A stretch of DNA of 64,000 nt from Candidatus Fimenecus sp. (GTDB lineage: Bacteria; Bacillota; Clostridia; Oscillospirales; Acutalibacteraceae): NCBI GenBank assembly GCA_052273625.1, contig DAVZHW010000001.1, positions 135,718 through 199,717 on the forward strand. Direction: 5' to 3'. The translations under genes were made by a program, and so were the position numbers. The notes under the pieces are model-generated. The model saw only the letters and a program-made list of their open reading frames with translations, was not told the DNA's origin and made no database searches. Below are positions 17,748 to 27,516 of the stretch, one piece after another. The stretch's first letter is position 1, and the number at the start of each line of letters is the position of its first letter.

Positions 17748-19214
17748 TTAATCCAATGTCGGCAATTTTTTGTGATAATCGGTTGCGTTTTGGAATGCCT
17801 TTGCCGCACTCATTATATCCGCCTCGCAGAACGGTTTTCCGATAAGCTGCATACCGATAGGCATACCGTCAGCGTCAAATCCGCAGGGTGCGGAGAAAGA
17901 CGGGAGACCTGCAATGTTTATCATCACCGTATAAATATCGCCGAGGTACATTTTAAGCGGGTCGGAAAGGCTTTCGCCCATTTTAAGCGCTGTTGTCGGT
18001 GCAACGGGGCCTAAAATCATATCGAACTTTTCAAACGCATCGAAAAACGCATTTTGAATAAGCTTTTTAGCTTTAAGCGCTTTGTTATAATAAGCGTCAT
18101 AATATCCGGAAGAAAGAACGAAGTTGCCGAGCATAATTCTGCGCTTAACTTCCATTCCAAAACCCTCGGAACGGCTCATAACATATCTGTCTAAAAGATT
18201 TTCGCTGTTCTTTGAGGAATAACCGTACTTTATGCCGTCATATCTTGAAAGGTTTGAGCAAGCTTCTGCGCAAGCGATAATGTAATATGTCGGAATTGCA
18301 TATTTAGCAATCGGCATTTTGAACATTTTAACCTCTGCACCGAGTTCACGGAATTTGTCAGCGGCAGCAAGGATAGACGCCTTAACATCTTCGTTGATAC
18401 CCTCACCGAGATAATCCTCGGGGATACCGATTTTCTTGCCCTTTATTTCTCCGCTTACAGCCTTGTCAAAATCAAATTTGTCATAGACCATGGAAGTACC
18501 GTCTTTTTCATCTTTTCCCTGAATTACAGAGAAAAGTGCGGCACAGTCGTCAACGTTCTTGCCGATAGGGCCGATTTGGTCGAGTGACGAAGCGTAAGCG
18601 ACGAGTCCGTAACGGGAAACAGCACCGTAAGTAGGCTTGAGTCCCGTTACACCACAGAAAGAACAGGGCTGACGGATTGAACCGCCTGTATCCGAGCCGA
18701 GCGTTACCGGTGCAAGCTTTGAAGCAACGGCAGCCGCCGCACCGCCCGAGCTTCCGCCGGGAACCTTTTCAACGTCCCACGGATTATGAGTGACACCTGA
18801 GGCAGAAGTTTCGGTTGTGCTTCCCATAGCGAACTCATCCATATTGAGCTTGCCGATAACAACCATACCCTCGTCATTAAGGCGATTGATTACGGTTGCG
18901 TTGTATGTCGGAATAAAGTTTTCAAGGATTTTTGACGAGCAGGTTGTAAGAATATCCTTTGTACAGATATTATCTTTTACGCCAATCGGCACGCCTGCAA
19001 GTCTGCCCGTGTACTTTCCGCTGTCAATACCCTGCTGAACTTCTTTTGCTCTTTTAAGAGCCTCGTCCTTGCAAACGGTATTATAGCAGTGGAGCTCTGT
19101 ATCGTATTTGTCAATGGCGTCGAAAAAGGCGTTGACAGCCTCTTCGACGGTTATTTCTTTGTTTTTTATGGCAGTTGAAATTTCAAGTGCCGTCATTTCA
19201 CAAATATTTTTCAT
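17748..19214 (-). CDS. gatA: aspartyl/glutamyl-tRNA amidotransferase subunit A
   Basis: Amidase signature GGSSGGAAAAVA...GSDTGGSIRQP. ATG at 19214 preferred (GAGGTG 6 nt upstream) over the TTG at 19232. Confidence 0.95.
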   Translation of the reverse strand: MKNICEMTALEISTAIKNKEITVEEAVNAFFDAIDKYDTELHCYNTVCKDEALKRAKEVQQGIDSGKYTGRLAGVPIGVKDNICTKDILTTCSSKILENFIPTYNATVINRLNDEGMVVIGKLNMDEFAMGSTTETSASGVTHNPWDVEKVPGGSSGGAAAAVASKLAPVTLGSDTGGSIRQPCSFCGVTGLKPTYGAVSRYGLVAYASSLDQIGPIGKNVDDCAALFSVIQGKDEKDGTSMVYDKFDFDKAVSGEIKGKKIGIPEDYLGEGINEDVKASILAAADKFRELGAEVKMFKMPIAKYAIPTYYIIACAEACSNLSRYDGIKYGYSSKNSENLLDRYVMSRSEGFGMEVKRRIMLGNFVLSSGYYDAYYNKALKAKKLIQNAFFDAFEKFDMILGPVAPTTALKMGESLSDPLKMYLGDIYTVMINIAGLPSFSAPCGFDADGMPIGMQLIGKPFCEADIMSAAKAFQNATDYHKKLPTLD

Positions 19215-19224
19215 GTTTTGCACC

Positions 19225-19512
19225 TCATTCAACTGTTTTCGGAACTACAAAGCAACCGTCTTTGCTGTCGGGTGCGTTTTTGAGTATGTTTTCCGTATCC
19301 GCCTTGTTTGTTACGATGTCGTCACGCATTACGTTTGCAACGGGGAATGAGTGTGAAGCAGGCTCGATTCCGTCGGTGTCAAGCTCGTTGAGCGTGTCAA
19401 TATAAGTAAGAATGTCCTGAAGATCCTTTTCGGCAGCGACCTTTTCCTCTTCGGTAAGTCTGATTCTGCCGAGTTTTTCAAGATATTCTACAAGGTTTCT
19501 GTCTATCGTCAT
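19225..19512 (-). CDS. gatC: aspartyl/glutamyl-tRNA amidotransferase subunit C
   Basis: 95 aa. LARIRLTEEE-type motif (LGRIRLTEEEKVAAEKDL). Located upstream of gatA. Confidence 0.9.
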   Translation of the reverse strand: MTIDRNLVEYLEKLGRIRLTEEEKVAAEKDLQDILTYIDTLNELDTDGIEPASHSFPVANVMRDDIVTNKADTENILKNAPDSKDGCFVVPKTVE

Positions 19513-19529
19513 TTATATCACCTTATGAG

Positions 19530-21281
19530 TTATTTTTCGGGAATGGGACGGCGAAGCTTGATGTGAACCTCACGAAGCTGTTGCTCTGTAACGGTGTTCG
19601 GTGCGCCGAGAAGCATATCCTGTGCGTTTGAGTTCATCGGGAAAGCGATGATTTCACGGATGTTTTCTTCGTCTTTAAGAAGCATTATCATTCTGTCAAC
19701 ACCGGGCGCCATACCTGCGTGAGGCGGAGCGCCATAGTGGAATGCTCTGAACAAAGCACCGAAACGCTTAGCAACCTCGTCCTCCGAGTAGCCTGCAAGC
19801 TCAAACGCCTTAATCATTATATCGGGGCGGTGGTTACGAACTGCGCCCGAGGAGAGCTCAACGCCGTTGCAGACAATATCGTACTGATAAGCCTTGATTG
19901 TAAGCGGATCCTGATTGAGAAGTGCGTCCATACCGCCCTGAGGCATTGAGAACGGGTTGTGAGTAAAGTCAAGCTTGCCCTCGTCGTTCTTCTCATACAT
20001 CGGGAAGTCTGTGATGAAGCACATATCAAATCTGTTCTTATCGATTATGTCAAGACGCTCGCCGAGAGCAGTTCTTACCTGACCTGCAAGGGTATTAACA
20101 ACCTTTATATTGTCGCAAATAAAGAACAGGGTATCATCTGTTTTAAGCTTGAGCATCGAAGTAAGCTTCGCTTTCTTTTCAGGTGTCAGGAACTTGTCAA
20201 TCGGACCCTTAAATGAGCCATCCTCAAGAACTGTGAGATAGCCAAGACCCTTCATGCCTATATCAAGAGCGTAAGCAAGGAGCTTTTCAAAGAAGCCCTT
20301 TGAGCATTTACCGCAGGGAGCGACAATTCCTCTTACGGGCTTACCCTGAAACGCCTTGAATTCAACATCCGAGAAGAAGTCGGTCAAATCGTTTATAACA
20401 AGCGGATTTCTGAGGTCGGGCTTGTCTGTACCGTATTTGAGCATAGCCTCTTCGAACGGAATTTTAACGAACGGCGCAGGGGAAACAGTCTTTCCGCCGC
20501 CGAACTTTGTAAATGTATCATAGAGAACCTCTTCCGCAACCGCAAAAACGTCCTCTTGTGTTGCAAAAGCCATCTCGAAGTCAAGCTGATAGAATTCGCC
20601 GGGAGAACGGTCTGCTCTTGCGTCCTCATCTCTGAAGCAGGGAGCTATCTGGAAATACTTGTCGAAGCCCGAAACCATAAGCAGCTGCTTGAACTGCTGA
20701 GGAGCCTGAGGCAAAGCATAGAATTTACCCTCGTGCTTTCTTGAGGGGATGATATAGTCTCTTGCGCCCTCGGGAGATGAGCAGGTAAGAATGGGCGTGT
20801 TAATTTCGGGGAAGCCCATGCTCTCCATTTTTCTGCGAAGGAAGCTGACAACCTCCGAACGGAAAAGTATATTGTCATGCATCTTTTTATTTCTCAAATC
20901 AAGGAAACGGTAGGTAAGACGTGAATCCTCTCTCGTATTAACCGAGTCCTCAATTTCGAACGGAAGAGCCTCCGAGCAGGTGCCGAGAATTTCAAGCTCC
21001 GATACCTTTATTTCAAGCTCGCCCGTGGGGATTTTTTTGTTTACGGTGTCCTCATCTCTTTTAACAACCTTGCCTGTAACGGATATAACAGACTCCTTGT
21101 GCACACCCTGCATAAGTGAGTCGTCGTTTACGACAACCTGAGTAATTCCGTACTGATCTCGCAAATCAATGAAAATAACTCCGCCGTGATCTCGAACGGT
21201 GTCAACCCAACCTGCGAGGCTGACGGTTTTTTCAAGGTCAGCGAGAGTTAATTCGTTACAATTATGCGTTCTGTAAGCCAT
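19530..21281 (-). CDS. aspS: aspartyl-tRNA synthetase (bacterial type; non-discriminating status is only inferred)
   Basis: 583 aa. OB-fold N-terminus, class II motifs FRDEDARADR and GAPPHAGMAPGVDR, GAD insertion. Confidence 0.95.
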   Translation of the reverse strand: MAYRTHNCNELTLADLEKTVSLAGWVDTVRDHGGVIFIDLRDQYGITQVVVNDDSLMQGVHKESVISVTGKVVKRDEDTVNKKIPTGELEIKVSELEILGTCSEALPFEIEDSVNTREDSRLTYRFLDLRNKKMHDNILFRSEVVSFLRRKMESMGFPEINTPILTCSSPEGARDYIIPSRKHEGKFYALPQAPQQFKQLLMVSGFDKYFQIAPCFRDEDARADRSPGEFYQLDFEMAFATQEDVFAVAEEVLYDTFTKFGGGKTVSPAPFVKIPFEEAMLKYGTDKPDLRNPLVINDLTDFFSDVEFKAFQGKPVRGIVAPCGKCSKGFFEKLLAYALDIGMKGLGYLTVLEDGSFKGPIDKFLTPEKKAKLTSMLKLKTDDTLFFICDNIKVVNTLAGQVRTALGERLDIIDKNRFDMCFITDFPMYEKNDEGKLDFTHNPFSMPQGGMDALLNQDPLTIKAYQYDIVCNGVELSSGAVRNHRPDIMIKAFELAGYSEDEVAKRFGALFRAFHYGAPPHAGMAPGVDRMIMLLKDEENIREIIAFPMNSNAQDMLLGAPNTVTEQQLREVHIKLRRPIPEK

Positions 21282-21422
21282 TTAACACATTCCTTCCGAT
21301 AAATCGGCACTTGCCGAAAATTATATTTTACCTAATTATACAGTTGATAATTATAACACAAGAAATCAATTTTGTATAGTGTTTTATAAGATATAATACC
21401 TATAAATAACGTAAAAATTTGA

Positions 21423-21451
21423 TTGAATTCAGCGTGTAATTATGGTAAAAT
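21423..21451 (+). promoter_or_regulatory. sigma-A type promoter TTGAAT-17 nt-TAAAAT with TG extension
   Basis: TTGAAT 21423-21428, TGgTAAAAT 21443-21451. Confidence 0.5.
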
Positions 21452-21495
21452 AAATGATGTATGAATATCCAGGCACAAAATCGGAGGTTCGGCTT

Positions 21496-23304
21496 ATGAA
21501 AGCAAACAAAAAAATCGTTATGTCGGCTATTGCTCTCACTATGGCGGTGTTGGTTACGGTTTCCGCTTGTAAGAGGAATAATAATCTCGGTCAGGCTGTC
21601 GTCGTAACGGATGAATACGGAAATCCTGTCACAAACGAAAACGGCGAGGTGCTTACAACCATTGTCTATGCAGAGACAGTTGTAGTTACTGACAAAAACG
21701 GCGTTCCGATAACCGATGAAAACGGTGAAGCTATTACCGTTGTGCTTGAAACTGAAATCGTCGAGGTAACAAATGCCAACGGCGAGAAGGTTTATGACGA
21801 AAACGGCGAGGTTAAGACCTCGGTAATATATCATCCGAAGGACGTTGAAATTCCCGTTACCGATAAAGACGGAAATGTTGTAACGGATAAAAACGGAAAG
21901 GTAAGTCATACTGTTATTACCGTTCCTGCTCCGAATGAGCCGATAATCACAACGCTTGTTCAGACGGACGCAAACGGAAATACGGTTTACGATAAGGACG
22001 GCAATCCCGTAACCTATACAAGAAAATACACGACCTCCGTTGTAACGCCGGGCAGCAACAGCTCAAACTGGGGCGCAACTTTCAGCGGCAGCAAGAGCGA
22101 CGCTTGCAATGCGGTTGCTCCGACCTCCGACGGCGGCTATGTTTCCCTTGTTCAGACAAACTCCTCCGACGGCTCGTTTACGGGACTTGCTTCAGGCTCT
22201 GCTGTTCCATACATGGTTCTTATGAAATTTGACAGCGCAGGCATTCTCAAATGGCGTAAGGCGATAACGAGTGACGGTGCATTGTCTTTAAGGAGTCTTG
22301 ATACCGACGCTTCGGGTAATATCATTGCGGCAGGCTATTCTAACGCAACAAATCTCGGTTCAACCCATTACGGCGAGTATGATGCGGTTATATATAAGTT
22401 TAATTCCTCGGGCGATGTGCAGTGGGTACAGTCCTACGGCGGAAGCTTGGTTGATTTCTTTAATGATGTCAGCGTTTGCGCAGACGGTAGTATTGTTGCT
22501 GCGGGCGGAGTAGGCTCAAGTGACGGTGCGGCAGCTCCGTTGGGTATTGCTTCGGGCAGAGCTGCGGCTCTTGTTGCGAAGTACGACGCTTCGGGCAATT
22601 TGATTTTCGCAAAGGCAATCGGCTCGGTCGGCGACTCGTTTAACGGCGTCGATACCGACCAAAGCGGAAACATTTATGCTGTCGGAAACTTCTCTTCAAG
22701 CGACGCATCGAGAGCGTTTGACGGTTACGGAAAATCGGATGCGGCTATTGTAAGACTTGACGGCAACGGCAATGTTTCGTGGATTCGTCAGTTTGGCGGA
22801 AGCGGAATTGACAACGCAAATTCGGTTGCCGCAGTATCGGACGGCTGTGTTGTTGTCGGACGTTCAAATTCAAAGGATAACTCATTTGCAAGCCTCGGCA
22901 ATCAGGGCGGATATGACGCTTATGCCGTTAAATATTCTTCGTCGGGCAGCATAGCATGGCAGACCCCGTTCAGAGGCTATCAGGACGACACATTCACGTC
23001 TATTGCTTCTGTATCGGACGGCTCGTTTGTGGTTTGCGGCTACTCGGCGTCTAACAACAGAGACTTAAAAACCGTCGGTAATAAGGGCGGAGCGGACGGC
23101 ATTATCGTAACGCTCGGTGCGACGGGTCAAATTACCTCGGTTGAGGGCTACGGCGGCTCAAGGGACGATAAGTTTGAAAGCGTTTGCGTGCTTTCGGGCG
23201 GCAAATATATAGCAGGCGGCTCAACTCTTTCGGCGGACGGCGACCTTGTAGGCTCAAAATCCGACGGAGTAAACACCGCAGGTATGATGGCGAAATTCAA
23301 GTAA
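21496..23304 (+). CDS. large lipoprotein with an N-terminal short-repeat region and a C-terminal beta-propeller-like repeat region
   Basis: ATG 21496 after GGAGG. Lipobox TVSAC. Repeated (T/V)TDENGE/TDKNG units, then repeated units of roughly 45 aa containing SDGG/SDGS...GG..D motifs. Confidence 0.7.
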   Translation: MKANKKIVMSAIALTMAVLVTVSACKRNNNLGQAVVVTDEYGNPVTNENGEVLTTIVYAETVVVTDKNGVPITDENGEAITVVLETEIVEVTNANGEKVYDENGEVKTSVIYHPKDVEIPVTDKDGNVVTDKNGKVSHTVITVPAPNEPIITTLVQTDANGNTVYDKDGNPVTYTRKYTTSVVTPGSNSSNWGATFSGSKSDACNAVAPTSDGGYVSLVQTNSSDGSFTGLASGSAVPYMVLMKFDSAGILKWRKAITSDGALSLRSLDTDASGNIIAAGYSNATNLGSTHYGEYDAVIYKFNSSGDVQWVQSYGGSLVDFFNDVSVCADGSIVAAGGVGSSDGAAAPLGIASGRAAALVAKYDASGNLIFAKAIGSVGDSFNGVDTDQSGNIYAVGNFSSSDASRAFDGYGKSDAAIVRLDGNGNVSWIRQFGGSGIDNANSVAAVSDGCVVVGRSNSKDNSFASLGNQGGYDAYAVKYSSSGSIAWQTPFRGYQDDTFTSIASVSDGSFVVCGYSASNNRDLKTVGNKGGADGIIVTLGATGQITSVEGYGGSRDDKFESVCVLSGGKYIAGGSTLSADGDLVGSKSDGVNTAGMMAKFK

Positions 23305-23317
23305 AGGAAGCTGACTG

Positions 23318-24049
23318 ATGAACGAAAGATTTGAATCGGGCTATTTGCCTGCTTCACATAAAATACTTTGGGTGGTTTTGAGAGTCGGCTTGCTCGCATG
23401 GGGAACCTACGGGCTTTTTCACGGCTCCGTTGTCGAGTTTTTAGAGGCTATATTTGCGATTATCTTCACACATTTGTGGGATTTTTTTCAGATATTCGGA
23501 GGCTTCTCTTTTATAACAAGAGTAGACTATCTTTCACAAACAATGCTGAATTTATTTATATTTATCGGCGTTGTAGTAGGCTCTACTCTCAATAACAGAA
23601 CTACATTTTCCGATTTTGACATAGTAACACACTTTACCGCAGGCTTTATTTCGGCTTGGTTTGCTTATGATTTTGCCTGCACGATTCAAGGACCTAAAAG
23701 GAGACTTTCTCCTGCCCTTGCGGCATTGTTTGCGATTGGATTTGCGTGCTTTATTTCTGTCGGTTGGGAAACCTATGAGTTTACAATGGACAGAATTTAC
23801 GGCCTTACACTCCAACGCACGGCGCCTATGACCGACAGCGGCTTGACCGACACTATGGTTGATGAAATCATACAGGCTTCGGGCGGACTTATAGGAATGT
23901 TTACGGCTGCGTTTGTTAAGAACGGAAAAATCGGCAGAAACAGAAGAATGTATGCTAAAAAGGCTAAAACGGCAGAGGACAGAGAATTGCTCAAGGAAGA
24001 ATTGCTCAAGGAATACTTCCTTGAGCAGAAAAATAATCCTCGCAGTTGA
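23318..24049 (+). CDS. polytopic membrane protein (possibly YjdF/DUF2238-like)
   Basis: Several TM segments. GWETYEF and LTDTMVDEI motifs recall DUF2238. The family call is tentative. Confidence 0.4.
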   Translation: MNERFESGYLPASHKILWVVLRVGLLAWGTYGLFHGSVVEFLEAIFAIIFTHLWDFFQIFGGFSFITRVDYLSQTMLNLFIFIGVVVGSTLNNRTTFSDFDIVTHFTAGFISAWFAYDFACTIQGPKRRLSPALAALFAIGFACFISVGWETYEFTMDRIYGLTLQRTAPMTDSGLTDTMVDEIIQASGGLIGMFTAAFVKNGKIGRNRRMYAKKAKTAEDRELLKEELLKEYFLEQKNNPRS

Positions 24050-24076
24050 GATGTGTAAAATTAAGGCGGTGAAAAT

Positions 24077-24973
24077 ATGAAGAAAAGGATAACGGCGCTG
24101 ATAATGTCGGCAATTATGCTTTTGACGTTATGTTCTTGCGGTAAAACTGCTAAAGTGCGTGTTAATTCCGCTAAAATCGGCAAGGGCGTTTATGCATATT
24201 TTACCGACCTTGCAAAAAGAGAGTGCGAAAAGAACGGAGAAACCGATGTAACGGCTCTTGCCAATAATATGCTTATAAGATATGTTGCGGTAAATTCCGA
24301 GTTTGCCAACAGAGGAATTGATCTCACACTTGAAGAGAAATCGACGCTTTCAAGCACAGTTAATTCATATTGGCACTTGTTCTCTAAATATTACGAGGAA
24401 ATCGGCGTATCAAAAAATGACCTTTACAAAGTAGAAGAGAGTAAATGTTATGAAACTCGTCTTATGGAGGTATATTATTCCGAAAACGGCGATTCTCCCG
24501 TGACAGACAGCGAGCTTAAAGAGTTTTTTAATAATAATTTCGTGGCTTTTAGGTCTGCGACAGGCTTTTTGACAACAGTCGATGAAAGCAACAACACGGT
24601 TTCTCTTTCCGAAGAAGAAAGACAGAAAACCGCTGAAGTTTTCAATCGTATGGCAAATGAAATAAACGAGGGTGTAGCCTCCGTTGACAACGCTTCGTCG
24701 TATGCCGAAAATGTGGCGGTTACAGATTCCGTCGTAGTAATCGGCAAGTCATCAACAAAGTACCCTGACGGCTTTTTTGACAATGTAAAGGGCATTGAGG
24801 TCGGCACTACGGGAAGCTTTATAGTCGGTGATTATATCTTTGCGGTTACAAGAGCCGACATTACTTCCGATGAGCTTTTTGAGGAGTACAGAACTGATTG
24901 CCTCAAAGCTATGAAGGGCGAGGAATTTGAAAAGCTTATTGAAGCTTGGACGGCGGCTTACTCGGTTAATTGA
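24077..24973 (+). CDS. lipoprotein, function unknown
   Basis: Signal peptide with lipobox LTLCSCGK. No recognised catalytic motif. Confidence 0.55.
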   Translation: MKKRITALIMSAIMLLTLCSCGKTAKVRVNSAKIGKGVYAYFTDLAKRECEKNGETDVTALANNMLIRYVAVNSEFANRGIDLTLEEKSTLSSTVNSYWHLFSKYYEEIGVSKNDLYKVEESKCYETRLMEVYYSENGDSPVTDSELKEFFNNNFVAFRSATGFLTTVDESNNTVSLSEEERQKTAEVFNRMANEINEGVASVDNASSYAENVAVTDSVVVIGKSSTKYPDGFFDNVKGIEVGTTGSFIVGDYIFAVTRADITSDELFEEYRTDCLKAMKGEEFEKLIEAWTAAYSVN

Positions 24974-24994
24974 AAACAAAAAGCAGTAACAAAA

Positions 24995-25033
24995 AAGGCT
25001 TTATGAGAACATTCAACCTTCTCATAAAGCCTT
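24995..25033. terminator. bidirectional intrinsic terminator
   Basis: 15-bp stem AAGGCTTTATGAGAA/TTCTCATAAAGCCTT between convergent genes. A-run 5' and T-rich 3'. Confidence 0.8.
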
Positions 25034-25052
25034 AATTTTATATCGTTTTTGA

Positions 25053-26261
25053 TTATTCTTCGGGAAGGAAAGCCTTGTGAACTGCCGAAACAGCACGGTC
25101 AGCGTCCTTAGCGTCGATAAGAACCGAAATCTTGATTTCACTTGTTGAAATCATATCAATGTTGATGTCATGCTCAAACAATGCTTCGAACATTTTTGAA
25201 GCTGTGCCGGGATGTGTTTCCATTCCTGCGCCTACGATTGAGATTTTAGCAACATTCTTGTCACAGATAATGTCTTTATCCTCAATGTCGAAGGTCTTGT
25301 GGATAGCTTCGATTGCACCCTCGGCATTTTCCTTTGAAACTGTAAAGGAAATGTCCTTTGTACCGTCTCTGCCGACTGACTGAAGAATGATGTCAACATT
25401 TATTCTTGCATGTGCGAGCTTTGAGAAAAGCTTGAAAGCAACGCCGGGAATGTTGGGGATATTTGTTATTGAAATACGGGCAACATCTGTATCTTTAGTT
25501 ACACCTCTTACGAGCATTTTTTCCATTTTTGCGACCTCCTTAACGATCGTTCCGGGAACTCTCTTAAGACTTGAGAGAACCTCGAGTTCAACATTGTATT
25601 TTTTAGCCATTTCTACCGAGCGGTTATTGAGGACCTGTGCACCGAGAGTAGCTAATTCAAGCATTTCATCATAAGTGATTTCTTGAAGCTTTTGAGCTCC
25701 GGGAACCTTTCTCGGATCTGCTGTGTATACGCCCTCGACATCGGTGAATATCTGACAGCGGTCTGCGTGCATTGCTGCGGCGATTGCAACTGCGCTGGTA
25801 TCACTTCCGCCTCTGCCGAGTGTTGTGAGGTCGTCATACTTGTTAATACCCTGGAAGCCTGCAACAACAACTATGTTATGGCGGTCAACCTCTGCTTTAA
25901 GACGGTCGGCCTTAATGGATTTAATTCTTGCCGAGCCGTATGCTGAGCTTGTGTTGAAGCCTGCCTGCCAGCCGAGAAGCGAAACGGCAGGACAGCCCAA
26001 TTTTTCAATAGCCATAGAGAGCAGTGCGATTGAAATCTGCTCGCCCGAGGTCATAAGCATATCAAGCTCTCTCTTTGACGGCTTTTCGTTTATTTCATAA
26101 GCTTTGGCAATGAGGTCGTCGGTTGTGTCGCCCTGTGCGGAAACTACAACTACCACATCATTTCCCCGGCGATAGGTGTCCGTAACGATTTGAGCAACGT
26201 TCATAACACGCTCAGCGTTTGCAACGGAGCTTCCGCCGAATTTCTGAACTATAAGTCCCAT
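25053..26261 (-). CDS. lysC: aspartate kinase
   Basis: 402 aa. MGLIVQKFGGSSVA, GRGGSDTSA, two C-terminal ACT domains. Confidence 0.9.
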   Translation of the reverse strand: MGLIVQKFGGSSVANAERVMNVAQIVTDTYRRGNDVVVVVSAQGDTTDDLIAKAYEINEKPSKRELDMLMTSGEQISIALLSMAIEKLGCPAVSLLGWQAGFNTSSAYGSARIKSIKADRLKAEVDRHNIVVVAGFQGINKYDDLTTLGRGGSDTSAVAIAAAMHADRCQIFTDVEGVYTADPRKVPGAQKLQEITYDEMLELATLGAQVLNNRSVEMAKKYNVELEVLSSLKRVPGTIVKEVAKMEKMLVRGVTKDTDVARISITNIPNIPGVAFKLFSKLAHARINVDIILQSVGRDGTKDISFTVSKENAEGAIEAIHKTFDIEDKDIICDKNVAKISIVGAGMETHPGTASKMFEALFEHDINIDMISTSEIKISVLIDAKDADRAVSAVHKAFLPEE

Positions 26262-26277
26262 AAATTATCCTCCAATA

Positions 26278-27516
26278 TCAATAATCCGATACTCTGATAA
26301 CAGAGCAGGGTTTGATTTCGCTGATTGAGTCGAGCTTTGCGATAAGCTCTTTTTCTTTTTCGTTATCTGTTACAAAAGCGAATTCGTTTTCGGGCTGATT
26401 GTTTCTCGATACAAATTTAACAGTACCGAATACCTTTTCAACAGCCGCTTTTGCTTTTTCAACATCATCTGCGGTAGCACGGACAAAGAGCGCAGTGTCA
26501 AGCTCTTTGTAATCAACAACATAGTCGTCCTCGCTCGGTCCCCAGCCGAAAATCTTTTTGCGGTTGGTGTGTTTTGCACAGTCAATAACGTCTGCAACAA
26601 CGGCGCTTGCGGTCGGAAGCTTTCCTGCTCCTCTGCCGTAGAATACTACGTCGCCGATAGCGTCGCCTCTTACGAGAATAGCGTTGAACACGTCGCTGAC
26701 GTTTGCAAGCTGTGAGGAAGTCATAACAACGCACGGGCTTACAACAGCGGAAATTTTTCCGTTGCTGAGGCGCTTAGCTCTGCCGATAAGCTTGATAACT
26801 CCGCCGAGATTGTTAACATAAGCAACATCGGAAAGAGTAACCTTTGTGATGCCCTCTGTGTGAACGCTTTCGGGATAAACGTGCTTTCCGAAGCAAAGGG
26901 AAGCAAGAATACATATCTTTCTGCAAGCGTCGTGCCCCTCAATGTCGGCAGTCGGATCCTTTTCGGCATAGCCGTTCTCCTGAGCCAATTTGAGAGCGTC
27001 GTCAAAGCTCATATTTTTTTCAATCATCATTGTAAGAATGAAGTTTGTCGTTCCGTTGAGTATTCCTGCGATTTCGTCAATTTCGTTTGCCGCAAGGCAC
27101 TGTGAAATAGGTCTTATAATCGGAATACCGCCGCCTACCGAGGCTTCGAAAAGGAAGTTTACATTGTTTTCCTCGGCGATTGAAAGAAGCTCATAGCCCT
27201 TAGTCGCAACAAGCTCCTTGTTTGAGGTAACAACGCTTTTGCCCGCTTTAAGAAGGCTTGAAACAAATTCAAAAGCAGGATGAAGTCCACCCATGGTTTC
27301 AACAACGATTTTAACCTCGTCGTCGTTAAGAATATCGTTAAAGTCCTTTGTGAACTTGTCTTTATTGGGATCGTTCGGGAAATCACGAAGGTCAAGAATG
27401 TATTTCAAGTCAAGCTGTGACTGACCGCATTTTTTAATAATGCTGTCATGGTTCTTGAGAAATACTTCTACAACTCCGGAGCCAACGGTACCGTAACCCA
27501 TAACTGCTATATACAT
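26278..27516 (-). CDS. hom: homoserine dehydrogenase
   Basis: 412 aa. MGYGTVGSGV NAD-binding loop, NGTTNFIL, C-terminal ACT domain. Confidence 0.9.
   Translation of the reverse strand: MYIAVMGYGTVGSGVVEVFLKNHDSIIKKCGQSQLDLKYILDLRDFPNDPNKDKFTKDFNDILNDDEVKIVVETMGGLHPAFEFVSSLLKAGKSVVTSNKELVATKGYELLSIAEENNVNFLFEASVGGGIPIIRPISQCLAANEIDEIAGILNGTTNFILTMMIEKNMSFDDALKLAQENGYAEKDPTADIEGHDACRKICILASLCFGKHVYPESVHTEGITKVTLSDVAYVNNLGGVIKLIGRAKRLSNGKISAVVSPCVVMTSSQLANVSDVFNAILVRGDAIGDVVFYGRGAGKLPTASAVVADVIDCAKHTNRKKIFGWGPSEDDYVVDYKELDTALFVRATADDVEKAKAAVEKVFGTVKFVSRNNQPENEFAFVTDNEKEKELIAKLDSISEIKPCSVIRVSDY

Noticed and set aside
21590-22030. Periodic nucleotide repeats that could be mistaken for a CRISPR-like or tandem-repeat array.
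   Set aside because: The periodicity is in-frame coding repetition (TDENGE/TDKNG units) inside a continuous ORF with a lipoprotein signal peptide. The repeats are not identical, there are no unique spacers, and no cas genes are present.
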